Shown here: positions 36,685 through 48,599 of the stretch, piece by piece
How positions within the stretch are numbered: position 1 is the first letter of the stretch
Layout of the letters: the number at the start of each line of letters is the position of its first letter
Source: Octopus sinensis
Lineage: Eukaryota
Direction: 5' to 3'
Length of the DNA stretch: 64,000 nt
Assembly (NCBI RefSeq): GCF_006345805.1
Contig: NC_043000.1
Location: forward strand, 86,304,001 to 86,368,000
The notes under the pieces: generated by a model
Databases searched by the model: none
What the model saw: only the letters and a program-made list of their open reading frames with translations
What the model was told of the DNA's origin: nothing
Translations under genes and position numbers: made by a program

Positions 36685-37641
36685 CAGGGGTTGGACAAAA
36701 TAATGGAAACACCTAGCATCATAGCATCATAATTTTGAAGTATCTATAAAACCGTCAAAAATTTGTTTATTTTTATGTTTTTTGATTTATTATTAGTATT
36801 GCTTAATATACTTTGCTAAAATTGCTGTTTCTTTTCAGATATCATCAGAAAAAGGTAATTAAAATTCATTAAAATGACAGATCTATTGGACTTTCAAACA
36901 AGTTAAATTGTTGGTGCTTGTATGGCAGGCGCTAGCATAATGAAAACAGCCGAAATGTTTGGTGTATCAAGAAGTACTATCTGAAAAGTAGTGACAGCCA
37001 TTGAGAAAGAGGGAAAAACTTCCTCATCGAAACAAAACTCCGGAAGAAAACCAAACATTTCAGATGGGGACTGTCAGACACATATGCAACTTGTTAGAAA
37101 GGATCACAAAAGTACAGCTCCCCAAATTACTGCAGAGCTTAATGACCATCTCAAGAACCCAGTTTCCACAAAAACTGTTCACTGGAAGCTGCACAAAGCC
37201 AGATTTCACGGGAAGGCTGCGATCACAAAATCACTACTTTCAAAAAGAAACATTGCAAAGCATTTAGAGTGGAGTAAAACCTACAAAATTGGTCCCTAAA
37301 GTAGTGGAAGAATGTTATTTTCTCTGATGAGGAACATTCTAGTGAAGTTGAACATCTTATCTGGCCACCATAGTCCCCAAATCTCAATATTATTGAACAT
37401 TTATGGCGCATTTTAGAAAAACAAGTAAGGATTCAATATCCTTCACCATCATCACTACAAGAACTGGAGACTGCTTTAACTAAAGAATGGACAAAAATTC
37501 CTTTGGTAACAATTCAAACTTTGTATGAGTCCATACCTCATAGAAGTCAAGTTGTAACTATTGCCAAAAGCAGTCCCACCCCATATTAAAATAAATTTGT
37601 TTGAAATTTTAAGGTGTTTACATTATTTTGTCCAACCCCTG
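36685..37641 (+). mobile_element. Tc1-family DNA transposon, internally deleted (957 bp), both TIRs intact
   Basis: 29-bp TIRs CAGGGGTTGGACAAAATAATG(G/T)AAACACC (28/29 match). Transposase remnant 36874-37589: MTDLLDFQ..IVGA..GVSRSTI, NSGRKP, FSDE joined directly to WPP*SPNLNIIEHLW; stops and frameshifts. Confidence 0.93.
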
Positions 37642-38010
37642 CATAAATCAGTATTATATATCCATTACGTATTATATATCCATTTTGGCTGATCTTACCG
37701 ATCGTTTTTGCCCTTGGAGTTCAATGGAGTATTAGATAACAGTCCAATTATGTAATCCTGCACTCTTCAGAGATAGCTATTATGGATGAAAATATGGCGA
37801 CTGCTCTCTATTATTTAAGGAGAACAGACACATCCAGTTTGTAGTTGCTGTGAAAAGGATGATGAAATGAACCAAGCAAGGGTTAAGTTAAGAGTTATGT
37901 CCTTTGGTTCCAAAGCCCCCACCCCATCTCTGGGTGTGTTGCAAGTCGGCAAGAGTTTTCTGAAAAAGTGTTTATGAGAAATGGTGCTCTTTTAGAAATG
38001 GAATGTGTGT

Positions 38011-38315
38011 AGTGGTACCATATGTATAGCTTTTGCAGGGGGAGGATATACATCTGTGTTGGTATACTTTCTTTTTTTTTATGTTTTGGTTAAATTCTTG
38101 GGGCACACACACTCTAACGTGTGGACATCCATCCATTAGATCATTACCCCCCCCCTAATATAAGTCCCCACATATATTGTACCCCTACACACACTGCATG
38201 CATATGTAAATGTCCCAAAAATTTAACCAAAATATAAAAGAAAGAAAACAGATTTACAAACACAGATGCACATGCTATCCCCATCCCCATAAAGGTTATA
38301 GATATAGTACCACTG
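38011..38315. mobile_element. Degenerate MITE with about 95-bp imperfect TIRs
   Basis: AGTGGTAC..CATCTGTGTT..ATGTTTTGGTTAAATT..GGGGCA pairs with TGTCCC..AATTTAACCAAAATAT..AACACAGATG..GTACCACTG. Confidence 0.6.
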
Positions 38316-39589
38316 TTACCTAACACACCATTGAACGTTTAGTGTGAAACTGATTGGTAAGATCATCCATAATGGATATATATATAATACTTTAAACTTC
38401 AATTAATATACCCACTCTGCTTACTGATATATGAGTGTATTTTTTCCTGACTTATGGATTCTTAGATAGCTTACAAACACACAACTACAACCATATATAT
38501 ATATATGTATATAGATGGGTGGGTGGGTGGATGGATGGATAGATAGATAGATAGATATATAGATAGATAGATCATGATCATCTCAGTTATTGTTTTTTGA
38601 CCTATTTAGGAAAATATGATGATGATGATATATCTTTACTCTTTCCTCTTCATCTTCATTTAGGGCTTAACTGAAGAAGAAAGTATCCATCTTAGAAATT
38701 GAGATTCAGATTGTAAAAATATGTCAAAGTAACTTTGAAATGAGGAAAAGTAAGAATATTAATATCGTATTTGATAAAGAAAGAGATTATAGAGTTAGTC
38801 TGAATATAGTTGTGCAGATATTTAGGAATCAACGAACTAGACAGACTACAACAGACACAAATGAAAAAAAGATTAGCTCAGAACATTATACATGTATTTG
38901 ACTAATACTTAAAACAGAACTAAGCTCAAAGAAATATATCAATAGACTCAGCATTCAAGGTGCTTTGGTGATAAGTTATGTTGTTCTCAACATGATGCTC
39001 CATGAGTTAGATTGAATAAGAATTATGATTGCATTTACAATATACGTACTTCCACAATTTGATATAGAAAAATGATATTTTTTATAAATTCAGGAAAGTA
39101 AAGGTTTTTTTTTTTCATTTTCAACGTCCATTTTTTATGCTTGCATGGGCTAGATAGTTTGTTGAGATATTTTCTTCAACAAGATGTCCTTCCTGTCACC
39201 AATTCTCTCCTGTTTCCTAGTAAGTTGACATTTCTCTTTGGTTGGAAATGTTTTCATACAAGACTAAAAACAAATGACAGTACTTGTATGACGGTGAAGT
39301 TGCTTACAACTATCAAGCAATGCCAGTATGAAGATAGAGACACATGCAAACACATACAATGAGCTTCTTTCAATTTTCGTCGGCCTAATCTAGTCACTAT
39401 AGTAGTGAACCCAAAACCATGTGACTGGGAAGTCACATCTGTGCCTTCTGAATGAAGAAAGGCCTTCAGCAACTCAAAAACTGTTATAGAACTTGAAAAA
39501 TGTTTTATGAAGAACAATAGCAAACTATGACAAGCAGCTATAAAACAAACAAGACAAATGGATGAGGAAACATTGTTTTTCTCTATTTC

Positions 39590-39621
<32 letters not shown>

Positions 39622-39702
39622 ATATGTGTACATATACATACACATATATATTACATACATGCATGTATATATATATATATATGTATGCATGTATGTAGCA
39701 TG

Positions 39703-39788
<86 letters not shown>

Positions 39789-39789
39789 C

Positions 39790-39828
<39 letters not shown>

Positions 39829-39830
39829 CA

Positions 39831-40228
39831 GGCATAGGAGTGGCTGTGTGGTAAGTAGCTTGCTTCAAACCACATGGTTCCGGGTTCAGTCCCACTGCAT
39901 GGCACCTTGAGCAAGTGTCGTCTACTATAGCCTCGGGCCAACCAAAGCCTTGTGAGTGAATTTGATAGATGGAAACTGAAAGAAGCCCATCGTATATATA
40001 TATATATGTATGTGTGTATATGTGTGTCTGTGTTTGTCCCCACCAACTTCGCTTGACAACTGATGTTGGTGTGTTTACGTCCCCGTAACTTAGCAGTTTG
40101 GCAAAAGAGACCGATAGAATAAGTACTAGGCTTACAAAGAATAAGTCCTGGGGTCGATTTGCTTGACTAAAGGCAGTGTTCCAGCATGGCCACAGTCAAA
40201 TGACTAAAACAAGTAAAAGAGTAAAAGA
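39831..40228 (+). mobile_element. Full-length tRNA-derived SINE (family A)
   Basis: A and B boxes, central (TA/TG)n, AAGTAAAAGAGTAAAAGA tail. Confidence 0.92.
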
Positions 40229-41081
40229 ATATATTTAGTGTTGACTGTTGGGAGAAAGAGTACTCAATACTGTAGTAAAGATTAATACTTTTATTTTGGT
40301 CATAACTTGGCTGATGGCTTCCTGAACACACAGGCAAAAGATTTCAGTGTAGTATGTGACTGACTATACCAAAATATAAATATTATAAATCTGTGTGTAC
40401 AGAAGCATGAATGCATATATTTATGTTTCTTAATCAATGCATTCGGAGGCATAAATGACTGTTATCAGCATATAGAGTACTTGTTAGGTCAGTCAACTAC
40501 TAGCTAAAATATAACAGAAAATTGCTAACACATTGGAAAGTTAAAGTCAAATTCTTCAAGGAACTAATAAATATTCTGTGTGACTAAATATCTTAAAAAA
40601 AAAAATAACTAAAGCAAGTTAAGAATGATCCAATTTTGAAATAACAGTATTTTTAACACCCTAAAACTGAAATGAGTGAAGGAACTTGGAAAGTAATATA
40701 AGGGAAATATTATATTAGCCGGTTCATATATTAGCAGGGTGTTGTCATTAATTTTCTAAATGACAACACCCAAACAGTATTTAGAATTTCAGTCTCTAGA
40801 GAAGTGGATAAATTTGGTTACATTCAAAAGTAGGTAACTAACGTTTTAGAGCTAATTCTTAAATAGTTTTAGGAAGGAAAAGATCAAACAAAATTTTTGG
40901 TATTTGATGAAGTGAAATGCTCAATGTTTAATATTCTTTACTCTAGTGGGTCAGATGGAATTCACTTTCTACCATTCAACAAATTAAGCTGACCCAGGCA
41001 AGTATGGAATTGCAGATGTTAAGACAATGATGATGGTGATAACAAGAAGGAAGAGGATTATGAGGATGATTTATATATACA

Positions 41082-41167
<86 letters not shown>

Positions 41168-41273
41168 TGAGGGAATATTATTCCAAACTTACAGGGAAAA
41201 ATTCAATTTAGAAATACTAAATCAAATTTCACAAAATATAATATATATATATATATAAATTAGGAAAAAAACT

Positions 41274-41308
<35 letters not shown>

Positions 41309-41739
41309 AAAACTCAACTTGTGTGTCTGTGTGTGTATCTGTGTGTGTGTCTGTGTGTTTAACTTCCCGGCACATCTCCTCCTAGCCAACAAATCGTAGA
41401 ACCACCAAAAATGGGTCACTTAAAGTTTAGGCAAATGAAAATTGAACTGCACTATTTCTGTTCCGAAATTCATCTCGCAAGTGCAAAAATCGATAATGTG
41501 TTTGTTTAGGCTTTATCCCATGCATTGAATAGTGAATTTTACTCAGTCAGCTGTTTAACATGAACTGTGTTCACCACGCGTGCAAGCATGCGTAAATTGC
41601 ATCAAAAATAAAAAATCAAGATATAAAAACGCATCGCCGTAAACATTGTAGAAATTTGGCAAAGAAATGAATTTTTGGGATGTAGCCTGGAGGGTTTTTT
41701 TGTATTAATCGTTTGGACTTTGTGAACACATACCAATTA

Positions 41740-42050
41740 TCTATATTTATAAAGCTGAAGTTGTCTGTGTATGGCAGGTTTGGTAGCCTTCAACTAACAC
41801 TATCTCCTCCGAGACCCTGCGGTGCAAGTTGAACAAAATTGAGAGTATGTTAACACCAAAAATTATTTACATCAAAAAGGTGCTTTTTTTCTATGAAAAT
41901 CGCTATTTTTTTACGATTTTTGACTGTCACCATTTTTTGTGTATTTCAACCAGAAAAATGTTCACTTAAAGAGAATAACAAGCTACATAATGCAAAACTT
42001 TTACTTTTCAAAAATTCCAATTCTAAAGCAACGCCGGGTGATACTGCTAG
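41740..42050 (+). mobile_element. Non-autonomous mini-Helitron (311 bp)
   Basis: A|TCTATATTTATAAAG 5' end; 3' end GCAACGCCGGGTGATACTGCTAG|T. TC...CTAG lies between A and T with no TSD; the subterminal hairpin is partly lost. Confidence 0.7.
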
Positions 42051-42069
42051 TATATATATACATATACAT

Positions 42070-42140
<71 letters not shown>

Positions 42141-42485
42141 TATATGTGTGTTTATTCACTAATGTTGAACAGTGAGAATCAGTGCTCAAAACCATATTGG
42201 AGGATAAACATTCTTTATTTGTGGGTTAACTAGGCCACCAATGGTTTCATGTAAAGAGGGATCTCTTAATAAATTTCAAGCCTACCACATGGAAGCATTG
42301 GTACTCATATCCATTTTGTATGAGAACACACACACACATTTAACTGAGGTTGACTTAATTTCTACTAAATGTGCTGAGTGCTACTAACTTGTTAAAACGC
42401 GATGGTAATGATGGTGATCAAAATTACATATATGTCTATATATGTGTAAGTATGTGTTTACTCCAGTATATACACATATACATTT

Positions 42486-43210
42486 ATGAGAGAAAAGTTG
42501 GGCATAAGAAGCATCAAATGTGGTGTGCAAGAGAGACGATTGCACTGGTATGATCATGTGTTACATATGGATGAGGACAGCTGTATGAGGAAGTGCTACT
42601 CCCTAACTGTGGAAAGAGCCTGTGGAAGAGGTAGACCCAGGAAGACATGGGATGAAGTGGTGAAGCACGACCTTCAAACATTAGGCCTCACAGAGGCAAT
42701 GACAGGAAACTGAAACCTTTGGAGATATGCTATGATAGAGAAGACCCAGAAACTAAAGTGAAATCGCAGCCATGCATGTCCAGCCCAGTTAAGAGTACTC
42801 CTAATGCATCAGATGATATGATATGCTTGAGAAGACCTGTTGAGAAAAGTAAAACCAATATCGTAGTTGTGGCTAGTGTCTCCTGACTGGCTCCCGTGCT
42901 GCTGGCATGTAAAAAGCACCATCCGAACATGGTTGATGCCAGGTCTGCTGGACTGGCTCTCATGCCGGTGGCATGTAAAAGGCACTATCTGAATGTGATC
43001 AATGCCAAGCTTGCCTGACTGGCTCCTGTGCCAGTGGCACATAAAAAGCACCCACTACATTCTCAGAGTAGTTAGCATTAAGAAGAGCATCCAGCTGTAG
43101 AAACATTGCCAGATCAGATTGGAGACTGGTGCAGCCACTGGCTCTCCAGACCTCAGTCAAACCATGCCAGCATGGAAAATGGACTTTAAACAATGATGAT
43201 GATGATGATA
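42486..43210 (+). mobile_element. RTE (family 1) 3' fragment(s) with 3'UTR minisatellite and (GAT)n tail
   Basis: REKLGIRSIKCGVQERRLHWYDHV..GRGRPRKTWDEVVKHDL; GTGGCATGTAAAA repeats; tail as in the other copies. Confidence 0.88.
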
Positions 43211-44577
43211 TATAATATTTGTAAACAAATATATATTATTATGATATATTATTATACAGTTGCACACACACACAGACACACACACACATTTAACAACAGG
43301 TTGATTTCTACTAACTGTGTAGAGTGCTACTTACTTTTGTATATTTACCATTCATAATAATAATTGTTTCAAATGTTGGCAAAAGGCCAACTATTTTGAG
43401 GGTAGAAGTTCAGATGATACTAATGTTCCCAGTACTTGACTGGTACTTTATTTGATTTACCCGGTGTATGTATGTATATGCACAGACACACGTATGTATA
43501 TGTAAATATTTTGCACATGAGGATGAGTGTGTGTATGTGTTCCTATGTGAAGTAAGCTTCTTAACCACATAATTGTATGCACATCTGCTCCTCAACAAAA
43601 GCAAGAATGCTGTCATCTGGAAGGCTCTGAAGGAACTGACCAACAAGAAAACTTCCCCCAGTGATCCACATTGTAGGGGAAACCACTGACCAGCATCTAC
43701 CTGCTTGGTTTCAGCTCTTCAGATAGTTTCTTAGTAAAGCATAGATACACAACACCAGACTCAACAATGAACCTTTATTCAACCACAAAATAACATATAG
43801 CTTGACAATTTAGGAAACCCCATAGAAGATGTGGTCATTTACTGAATAAGGTATCAGGAATATTAGGTAATTTTCTAAGCAGTAGTTGCAAGTAGCCATA
43901 TTCCTTGCAGACTTTTGAGGGATTTGCTTGTGGATCCTTCTCCTCTTCGTACAATACTGACTCTAAAGGAATGCAAGCCAATTCATAGAGGTGGGGCTTG
44001 AACTCAGAATCTAAAAGAATGAAACTAAGTAGTACTTGGCAGTCTGCTATTTCTGTCACTCCACAGTAAATTGAAATGACAGGAATATATTGGAATATGG
44101 GTATTAGTTCTATTCCATAATCTAATATTTAGTACAATGGTTACTAGCAAGCCATCCATCAAGCCAGCAAGACAGCCACTCAACCACCCAACTTTAAAAA
44201 TATGTGCTAAAATTTGTAAAATAAAACTTCCCAGTTTATCATGATATCATTTTATCTGCCAGAAATTGTACAATGAAATATGAGCAGAAAATATAGAAAA
44301 GTTATGGCATTAAAAGAGATGAAAAATGATGAGCAAGATATGTGAAATATAAGAATAAACTGAATCTAGTTTTATGGATTAGAAAAAGTAAATAAAAAAA
44401 ACTTTGTTTCGTGAAGTAAAAAGAAAACTGCCACCAAAACTGGAATATTGGGCATGTAATGAAATTAAGTGATGAGATGTGGGGTTATAATATTGTAAGT
44501 TGAAATGGAAAACATTATACAGCAAAGGTACAAAAATACATTATAAGTAATCTTGAAGTATTAAAAGGGAGTAATTA

Positions 44578-45596
44578 ATGAGGCTACTCCTCAAGAAAAG
44601 GTACAATGTGTATTGTGGTTTACAGAAACAAAATTGGATATGCAGACCCAGTGACAATACAGGATTAAATATGGAATACATCTACCGTCATGTCCATCAA
44701 TTTGTGTATGGCACAAGAAATTTATGGGAACAGTGTTGGATAAAAGGAGGAGTGGATGATCAAATTATCTGAGGAAAACATTAATCATTTAAGACAAGCC
44801 TTTGCTAGTTCTTCTACAAAGTCCATACATACTGCTGTCAGACAATTACAGCTACCATGCACAAAGTCCTACACAAGAATTTGCAACTGTACTCTTACAA
44901 AGTGCAAATCTTACAGGCACTCAAACCAAGTGATAAACCAAAATGAAAAGAGTTTGCAGTTAACATACTGGAACGAAATTCTGAGAATGCAGCATTCCTC
45001 ACCCAAGGTTGTTTTAGTGATGAGGCAACCTTACATGTTTCAGGGAAACTGAACACACATAATGTGAGAATCTGAGGACCAGAACACCTCTATGTGACTA
45101 GGGAACTTCACCAAGATAGTCCAAAGGTAAATGTCTGATGTGGAATGTTGTGCAATGGAATCATTGGTCCATTTTTCTTCACAGAGAGATCAATTACTGC
45201 AAATGTTTACCTTGATCTTTTGACTAAATATGTGGCACCACAAATGGATGACTTTCAACCAACCATCATTTTCTAGCAGGATGGACTATCACCACATTGG
45301 GGACTGCATGTTTATAGGTCGCTAAATCAAACATTTCCAGACTGGTGGATTGGAAATGATGCCCCAATTCCCTGGCTACTTCTTACACCAGATATCACTC
45401 CCCTAGACATTTTTCTATGAGGTTATGTTAAAGACATTGTATCAAACAGATACAAGACATCAATGACCTGAAGCAAAGGATCCTTGAATTCCATTGACAC
45501 ATTGATAAGGCTATGCTACAGCAAACATGGCAAGAAATTGATTACCATCTTGATGTGCTTCGTGCAGTTAATAGTGCTCATATAGAGATGTATTGA
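44578..45596 (+). mobile_element. Decayed Tc1/mariner transposase of DD41D type
   Basis: ATPQEKVQCVLWFTET N-terminus; CFSDEA; QDG..(41 aa)..TPLDIFL*GYVKD; ends SAHIEMY*. 41 codons counted between the second and third Asp; TIRs not identified. Confidence 0.85.
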
Positions 45597-45698
45597 ATAA
45601 AGCAAAAAACTTCAATTACTACTCATCATTTTGTAATAACTTTCACAGATTTATCTGTTTATTTGCTTTTGTAATAAATTTTTGAAATTGTAAAATGT

Positions 45699-46232
45699 CA
45701 CGCTGGTGAGACCCATATTGGAGTACGGGATTCAAGCCTCTTCTCCTTATCTCCTCAAAGACATACAGCATCTCGAAAGAGTCCACAAGCTGGTTACCCG
45801 CATGGTTCTTGGTCTCAAGCATTTGTCTTATGAAGAAAGGCTGAAGACGCTCGACCTTTATTCTCTAGAAAAACGCCGCCGCTGAGGTGATCTCATTCTT
45901 GCTCACAACATCATAAGTGGAAAGTGTAACCTCTCGAAAGAGCTGTTCTTCACTCCAGCTCCAGAGCGTCGGCTGCGGGGTCACTCTGAAAAGCTCTATC
46001 TGCGACAATTTCATCTCAATCGAAGGAGAGGGGCTTTCTCCATCCGGGTTGCGGATCCGTGGAATAAGCTGCTGGACGAGATAGTGAAGATGCCAATGAC
46101 CGCTTGGTTCAAAGTCTCCCTTGACCACAAGTGGCCTGAACTCTTTACATGAACACCACCCTGTACATAACTCCATGTCCCCCTACATGGCCTTGCTTTT
46201 TGCTTTTTGAGCCAAAAAATTAACTAACTAAC
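45699..46232 (+). mobile_element. 5'-truncated CR1/L2-type LINE 3' end with (CTAA)n tail
   Basis: LVRPILEYG, LERV..LVTRMV.GLKHLSYEERLKTLDLYSLEKRRR*GDLI, RLRGHSEKL, FSIRVADPWNKL; only one stop seen, so relatively young. Confidence 0.9.
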
Positions 46233-46278
46233 ATACATTATATATAAATGTGTACATATACCAGTAAGTGTCTCTATT

Positions 46279-46310
<32 letters not shown>

Positions 46311-46391
46311 TCTGTCTATCTATCTACTTACTTACCTAGCTACCTACTTATCTATCTATCTCTATATATATGTGTGTGTATCTGTATGTGT

Positions 46392-46440
<49 letters not shown>

Positions 46441-47283
46441 TCTTTTTAAACCTTGTATCTTCCAAACTTAGGATATTACAGAGTTTCTTTCTTTTATTTT
46501 TATTTTTACCAGTTTTAGAGATAATTAATCAGAAAATGTTGATTTTCATGCTAGAATAATTGATGGAATTATTTATTTTTAAAAAAAGACAGTTTGCTAT
46601 TTTCGTTTCTTAACTTTCTAGCCTAATAACCTTTTAGGTCATATGATGAGATTAGACTTCCATTGAACACAATTTTGATTGGCCAACACTTGTAAAAATA
46701 GATAAATCTTTCTAATTATCTATGTATGTCCTGTGATTCCAATATTCAGATACCAAATATATAGAAATGCATGCATAACCACTTGAAGTGATAAGACTTA
46801 ATATATCTGCCACCAAGAAATCTGTGCAAAAAAAAGGTAGCTTTGCAAACAGAAATCTAGTGATGTAGTGAAGATTCCCAACAAACAACAAATTTCTGGG
46901 TCAGTGTGTTTCTTCACACACTCAGCCTTTCTTATTCTTTTGCCAGAACATTTTCTCTCCTTGTGAATTTTTATATAATTGTTTAGGTGACAGATGGGAT
47001 GTAACTTTGTATTTTGCTTCATTAAACATGTATAAACTATCTTGATTATCTTAAGAACAAGTCCACTATTGTTAAAAACAAGTGCTATCATGAATGTTCA
47101 ACAAAAACACAGAATATAAGTAATTTTAATTGATGTAGACAATTTTCAACTTAAGATGGTAACAAAAATGTGTTTTTAATTTAAATCTAATGAGCTTAAC
47201 TAGATGTGTTTATAATTTGATAGGTTTAAACAAGGTTTCTATACTATATACATATGGTATTTGTGTAAGGCGTAGTATAAGTA

Positions 47284-47425
47284 CAGGCCTTGCTGTGTGG
47301 TTAAGAAGTTTACTTTTCAAGGATATGGTTTTGGATTCACTTCCACTGATTGGCACTATTCTAGCCCTGGGCAGACAAAAATCTTGTGAGTGGATTTCAT
47401 AGATGGAAACTGAAAGAAGTCCATC
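47284..47425 (+). mobile_element. 5' half of tRNA-derived SINE (family A)
   Basis: GCTGTGTGGTTAAGAAG..GATGGAAACTGAAAGAAG. Confidence 0.75.
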
Positions 47426-47444
47426 ACACACACACACACACACA

Positions 47445-47490
<46 letters not shown>

Positions 47491-47529
47491 GTGTGTGTGC
47501 GTGCACATACATGTATGTATTTAGCTTAG

Positions 47530-47820
47530 TATTGTAAGGTCATGAGTTCAGTTCCTGGTAGCATGTTGTGTCCTTGAGCAAGACACTTTATTTCATGTTG
47601 CTCCAGTCCACTCACTTGGCAAAAATGAGTAGTAGCTGTATTTCAAAGGGCCAGCATTGTCACATTTTGTGTCATACTGAATCTCCCTGAAAACTACATT
47701 AAGGGTACACATGTCTGTGGAATGTTCAGCCACTTGCACGTTAATTACACAAGCAAGCTGTCCTGTTGATTAGATCGACTGGAACCCTCATCATCATAAC
47801 CAATGAAGTACCAGTTAATG
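47530..47820 (+). mobile_element. tRNA-derived SINE (family B)
   Basis: B-box GAGTTCAGTTCC, CCTTGAGCAAGACACTT core; 3' part shared with about 1300-1470. Confidence 0.7.
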
Positions 47821-48250
47821 TAAGTATGTATATATGTGTGTGAATGTGTGTGTCTGTATGTTTGTTTACATTCTGACTGCTGCCGCAAAAGTTGAGACAT
47901 GCAGATAGTGTCATTGGTGTCACTTTTGTTAACAAGTCATCTGCTTGCTTCATGCATTTGAAGCTGCATGGAATAAGAGATCCTTTACCTCAAAACTGGC
48001 AAGCATTAATGGCAGGAAAGACATTTAACTGTAAAACAATATAACATTTATCTCAATAACATCTTTGTCTAACTCTGTAAGCATGGAAAAATGAACATAA
48101 AAACAAATGAATACATATGTAGTAATCCTTTTAGGAAGGGACAAAGGCAGTCGAATTGTTGCCCATGTATTATAGGTACTTAAACCATAAACATAACAAG
48201 AATGAAAAGCAAAATGATTTGAATTCAGGTCATAAAGCCATGAGTCTTTG

Positions 48251-48296
<46 letters not shown>

Positions 48297-48348
48297 GATG
48301 TATTTGCATAGCGAGTGACTTGATCTGAGATCATGTGCAGGAACGAAA

Positions 48349-48599
48349 ACAATTGCAGCGTGGAAGGTGTTTATAAGTCATTTAAGAAACACACAAAACC
48401 GTTAGATTCACTTCAACATTTAAATTTAATTTGTCAAAATATTTTCGTCGCTTTGAGACTGCGAAGCTTTGTCAGTGAATGGATCGCGGTCTCAAAGTGA
48501 CGAAAATATTTTGACAAATTAAATTTAAATGTTGAAGTGAATCTAACGGTTTTGTGTGTTTCATAAATGGGTTATAAACACCTTTCACGCTGCAATTGT
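48349..48599. repeat. Fold-back with 116-bp arms (6 mismatches) and 19-nt spacer; degenerate hammerhead at the centre
   Basis: ACAATTGCAGCG...GAGACTGCGA pairs with TCGCGGTCTC...CGCTGCAATTGT; flanked by (TA)n. Confidence 0.9.

Noticed and set aside
47989-48028. Minus-strand 40-nt exon candidate
   Set aside because: Stops occur in all three frames.
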